From contig NC_043008.1 in assembly GCF_006345805.1 (NCBI RefSeq), positions 34,782,001 to 34,846,000 of the forward strand: a stretch of 64,000 bases of DNA, written 5' to 3'. Position 1 is the first letter of the stretch. Every line of letters starts with the position of its first letter. The position numbers and the translations under genes are program-made. Below are positions 61,161 through 64,000 of the stretch, one piece after another. Source of the DNA: Octopus sinensis. Lineage: Eukaryota. The notes beneath the pieces are model-generated. The model made no database searches. It was given only the letters and a program-made list of their open reading frames with translations, and was not told where the DNA came from.

Positions 61161-61189
61161 AAAAATCACATGCATATAATTAAAGATGA

Positions 61190-61520
61190 ATATGCAGTGA
61201 TATATGTGCAGAAGAAGATACTGGAGGGGTTGGCACCAACTTTGGAAGTGAGAGTTATACCAGACCTCGAATTGGATGTCAATGCACTGTTCCAAAAGTC
61301 TCAGTTGTCATATCTAAGGTAAGGATCTTGAACTGTAATAGATTGAGATTCAGGGTCCACAGCTCATTAACTTCTTGTTAAAATATCTGAGGGATCTTCA
61401 TGGAATGTGGGCATATGTTTTCAAGAAACAACTTAACCTTTTGCAATCTAAGATCCCAGATGAACCAATATCAAGGCAGGAAACTCAAAAGAAGGCAGCG
61501 GTATCGAACGTGAGCCGTCT
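61190..61520 (+). mobile_element. CR1-like LINE 3' ORF end
   Basis: EYAVIYVQKKILEGLAP, GPQLINFLLKYLRDLHG, FKKQLNLLQSKIPDEP..KAAVSN. Confidence 0.65.
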
Positions 61521-62199
61521 AAGAGTCCATAAATCAGGGAATAGATACACTCGTATATTTGTTAATCGAGTGGGTATATTATCGAAAATGTACCATATTA
61601 TATATTCATCAAGGCTGATTTACCAATCGCTCTCGCGCTTGGAATACAACTGAGTGTTAGGTAACAATACGATTATATAACCCTACGCTGATCAGAGTTA
61701 ACCGATGTGAAAAGGAATATGACAACTGCTCTCTATTGTTGGAGAGGAATGGTCTGCTTCGTTGCTGTGAAAAAGATGGTGAAACGAAAATGACCAGTGG
61801 ATTAGGTTAGGAGTTATGTCCCTTGGTTGGATTCGCTGTAAAGCTGGTAAGAGCTATCTTGAAGTGTATGTGGGAAATGTGTAGTGTTCCTGTGGGGATG
61901 GAATATGTGATATGTGTAGTGGTGTCTTATGTATAATTTTTTCCAGTTGTGTAAGCACATATAATTGTGTTCGTTACTCTGTTTTCTTTCTGTATTGTTT
62001 AAGGTCATGGGGGCTTTATGTTAGCGTACGGTGTGCGTAGAGGCACAATGTGTGTGTGTGTGTGGGTACAATATGTGTGTAGGGGTATATATTAGGGGTA
62101 TCCGCTTTGTTGGGGCGTGCGTGTATGTACGTGGGTGCGTTGGTGTATGCTCTGGTCAAACTCTTTGCTGGGCTCGAAGGTATTAGTGGAAGACCGAAG

Positions 62200-62909
62200 T
62201 TGGGGGACTGGTGGTTGTAGTCATGGTGGGGCGCACAGGTACGATAGGATGTACTTCCTTTCATGTGGGCAAGAATTAAACACTTCATTTCTGCTATTCA
62301 GGTAAATATCCGGGCTCTGGCTGCCCTTTAAAATCGCCCTCTTCTCTGCCAGGCATAACTTGCACTTCCTGCTGTTATTGAAGAACGGTTTATATTTCTC
62401 CAGGATCTTCCACTTTATGTTGTTCTCTGTGATGCTTTCTTTCAAAGATCAAATGCGCTTGGTCAGGGTTGTGGAGCTGCATCTCTCCAGGATGTTGAAG
62501 GAGGACTTGTGGTTGTTAAAGCGGGTTCTGAAAGGGCCTTCCGTTGCTTCCACATACTTCTGCACGTTCAGCTGCCCATTGGGTCCTATAACTTTTATCT
62601 CTGCTTCGTAACAACAGTCTCTATGTTACAGTGACAGTTCAGTGGACATGTTGTGTTACTCTCGCATGAGCACCCTTCCTCTGTCTCGAGTGTAAGCCTA
62701 CCTACTAAAATCCTTTTTTACACTAGGTGCACAACTAAATGAGATTTTCAGGGTGTGTCTATTAAATATTTTGTTGAATCTATTTGTACGGGGAAGTGTT
62801 TATCAACTAATCTAAGGAAGATCTTACCTACTCTGGTTTCAACATTTAAAGAGAAGGGCGGAAAGTATTGTGGTTCGCACCGCCCATCTCTTTAAATGTT
62901 AAAACCAGA
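62200..62909 (-). mobile_element. Penelope-like element, GIY-YIG endonuclease end, with inverted 5' junction
   Basis: Minus strand: YFPPFSLNVETRVGKIFLRLVDKHFP, FNKIFNRHTLKISFSCAPS, CSCESNTTCPL, KYVEATEGPFRTRFNNHKSSF, IKWKIL, CKLCLAEK, LNSRNEVFNSCPH. Confidence 0.88.
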
Positions 62910-63609
62910 AAATCCGACCAAGCAATATCAGCAGAGAAAATTCGAACGTAAAATGATGATGATGATGATGACGACGAAGATTATGACGTCGATGATGATG
63001 ACGACGACGGTGATGCAAATGTGCCGCCAAAAATTATGTTAACCAATGTGTTGTCTGTTGTTTGCTTTTAAAGACAGTAGGATTGAAGGTGATTTGGAGA
63101 AGCTCTTTCTGGCAGACTGAACGATTACAGATCTTATTAACCATTGGTTGAAAAATTGAACTAAACTGATTATTTTGTGAGAAGGGCATACATAACATAG
63201 CTAAATTATTAGGCCATATTGTGAAATTCAAAAGAAACCTATAAGTTGATATTAAATGCAGTGAATTAGAACAAAACGAAGAAAGACAGATTCAGTCTTT
63301 TAGCTTTTCTAGTTTTAAGAATTAAACGATTTAAACATAATATATTCAGACAAAATGTGACACATATACATCTTGAGGTGACCGCTGCTGTAATCGAGAT
63401 GTTCTGGTGATTTATTTGTATGAATTTGTGAATATACAATTGTGTTGTATAATGTCGGGCATACGTATTTATGAAAACATGTAAGCATAATTTCTTCCAT
63501 GTTGAAATTAATACTACGTGAAGGAAGTTGCGAAACGGCCTTAACCTTAAGGACGTCAAGTGGCTAAATATATATCCATTCACCTTTTGGTTTTTATGAT
63601 TTACATATA

Positions 63610-63651
<42 letters not shown>

Positions 63652-63905
63652 GTGTGTGCATTGCTGCTTCTTAACCATTCTGTTGGCGATCGTATCTCGA
63701 CCAACATGTGTCCCCTCTACCGAAAAGATAATTATTTCTACGCCAGCTGCTATGTTGTTGTTTTTGTCTCATTTGGTCTAAAGTCGTAAGACAACCACCG
63801 TTATATTTTGTTTATCCATTACTGTTTTCAATTTCGTTTTCGTCTCTTGTATTTACATCCGTCTCTTGCGTCTACATTCTTGTCTTCTACCAAGAAATCT
63901 AATGC

Positions 63906-63998
63906 TTACAGCTTAGTTTTTTTCTTGGGGCTGGCCGAGTTGGAGCAAATATCAGAATTGAACAGCCGAAATTTGCTATGATGATTCGGTGTCTGACT
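63906..63998 (-). other. Possible C-terminal end of a minus-strand ORF entering from beyond the window
   Basis: SQTPNHHSKFRLFNSDICSNSASPKKKTKL* with an NLS-like end in CpG-rich sequence; only 30 codons visible. Confidence 0.2.
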
Positions 63999-64000
63999 GA

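Noticed and set aside
56850-61179. Many Ile/Tyr- and His/Thr-rich ORFs
   Set aside because: Translations of (TA)n and (CA)n microsatellites.
61550-62200. Hammerhead ribozyme expected near the Penelope end
   Set aside because: No complete CTGANGA..GAAA core with pairing stems could be found by eye; a covariance-model search would be needed.

Overview
AT-rich eukaryotic genomic DNA, dense in (TA)n/(CA)n microsatellites and tRNA-derived SINEs. The repeat landscape looks like a coleoid cephalopod such as Octopus (inference from repeat types, not verified). Three plus-strand protein-coding genes can be rebuilt by hand from splice sites and reading-frame phase. (1) The terminal exon of a SPRTN/Spartan-like gene (1448-2949), with a PIP-like motif, a C-terminal UBZ4 zinc finger and internal repeat expansions. 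(2) A complete 9-exon PINK1 gene (10996-30105, 550 aa) with an intact but divergent kinase domain. (3) An XPA gene (probable 25-nt first coding exon at 37260-37284, six further exons to 47146). An intron of XPA holds a full-length U6 snRNA copy fused to a retroposon 3' tail. The rest is TE debris: Helitron, mariner, Tc1-like, hATm, hAT and piggyBac-like MITEs, RTE, CR1, R4/Dong and Penelope fragments, foldback elements and satellites. The most unusual structure is a CpG-rich, self-complementary 66-120 bp module present three times (direct, inverted, direct) around the XPA start exon. Exon boundaries were counted by eye; TE boundaries are approximate.
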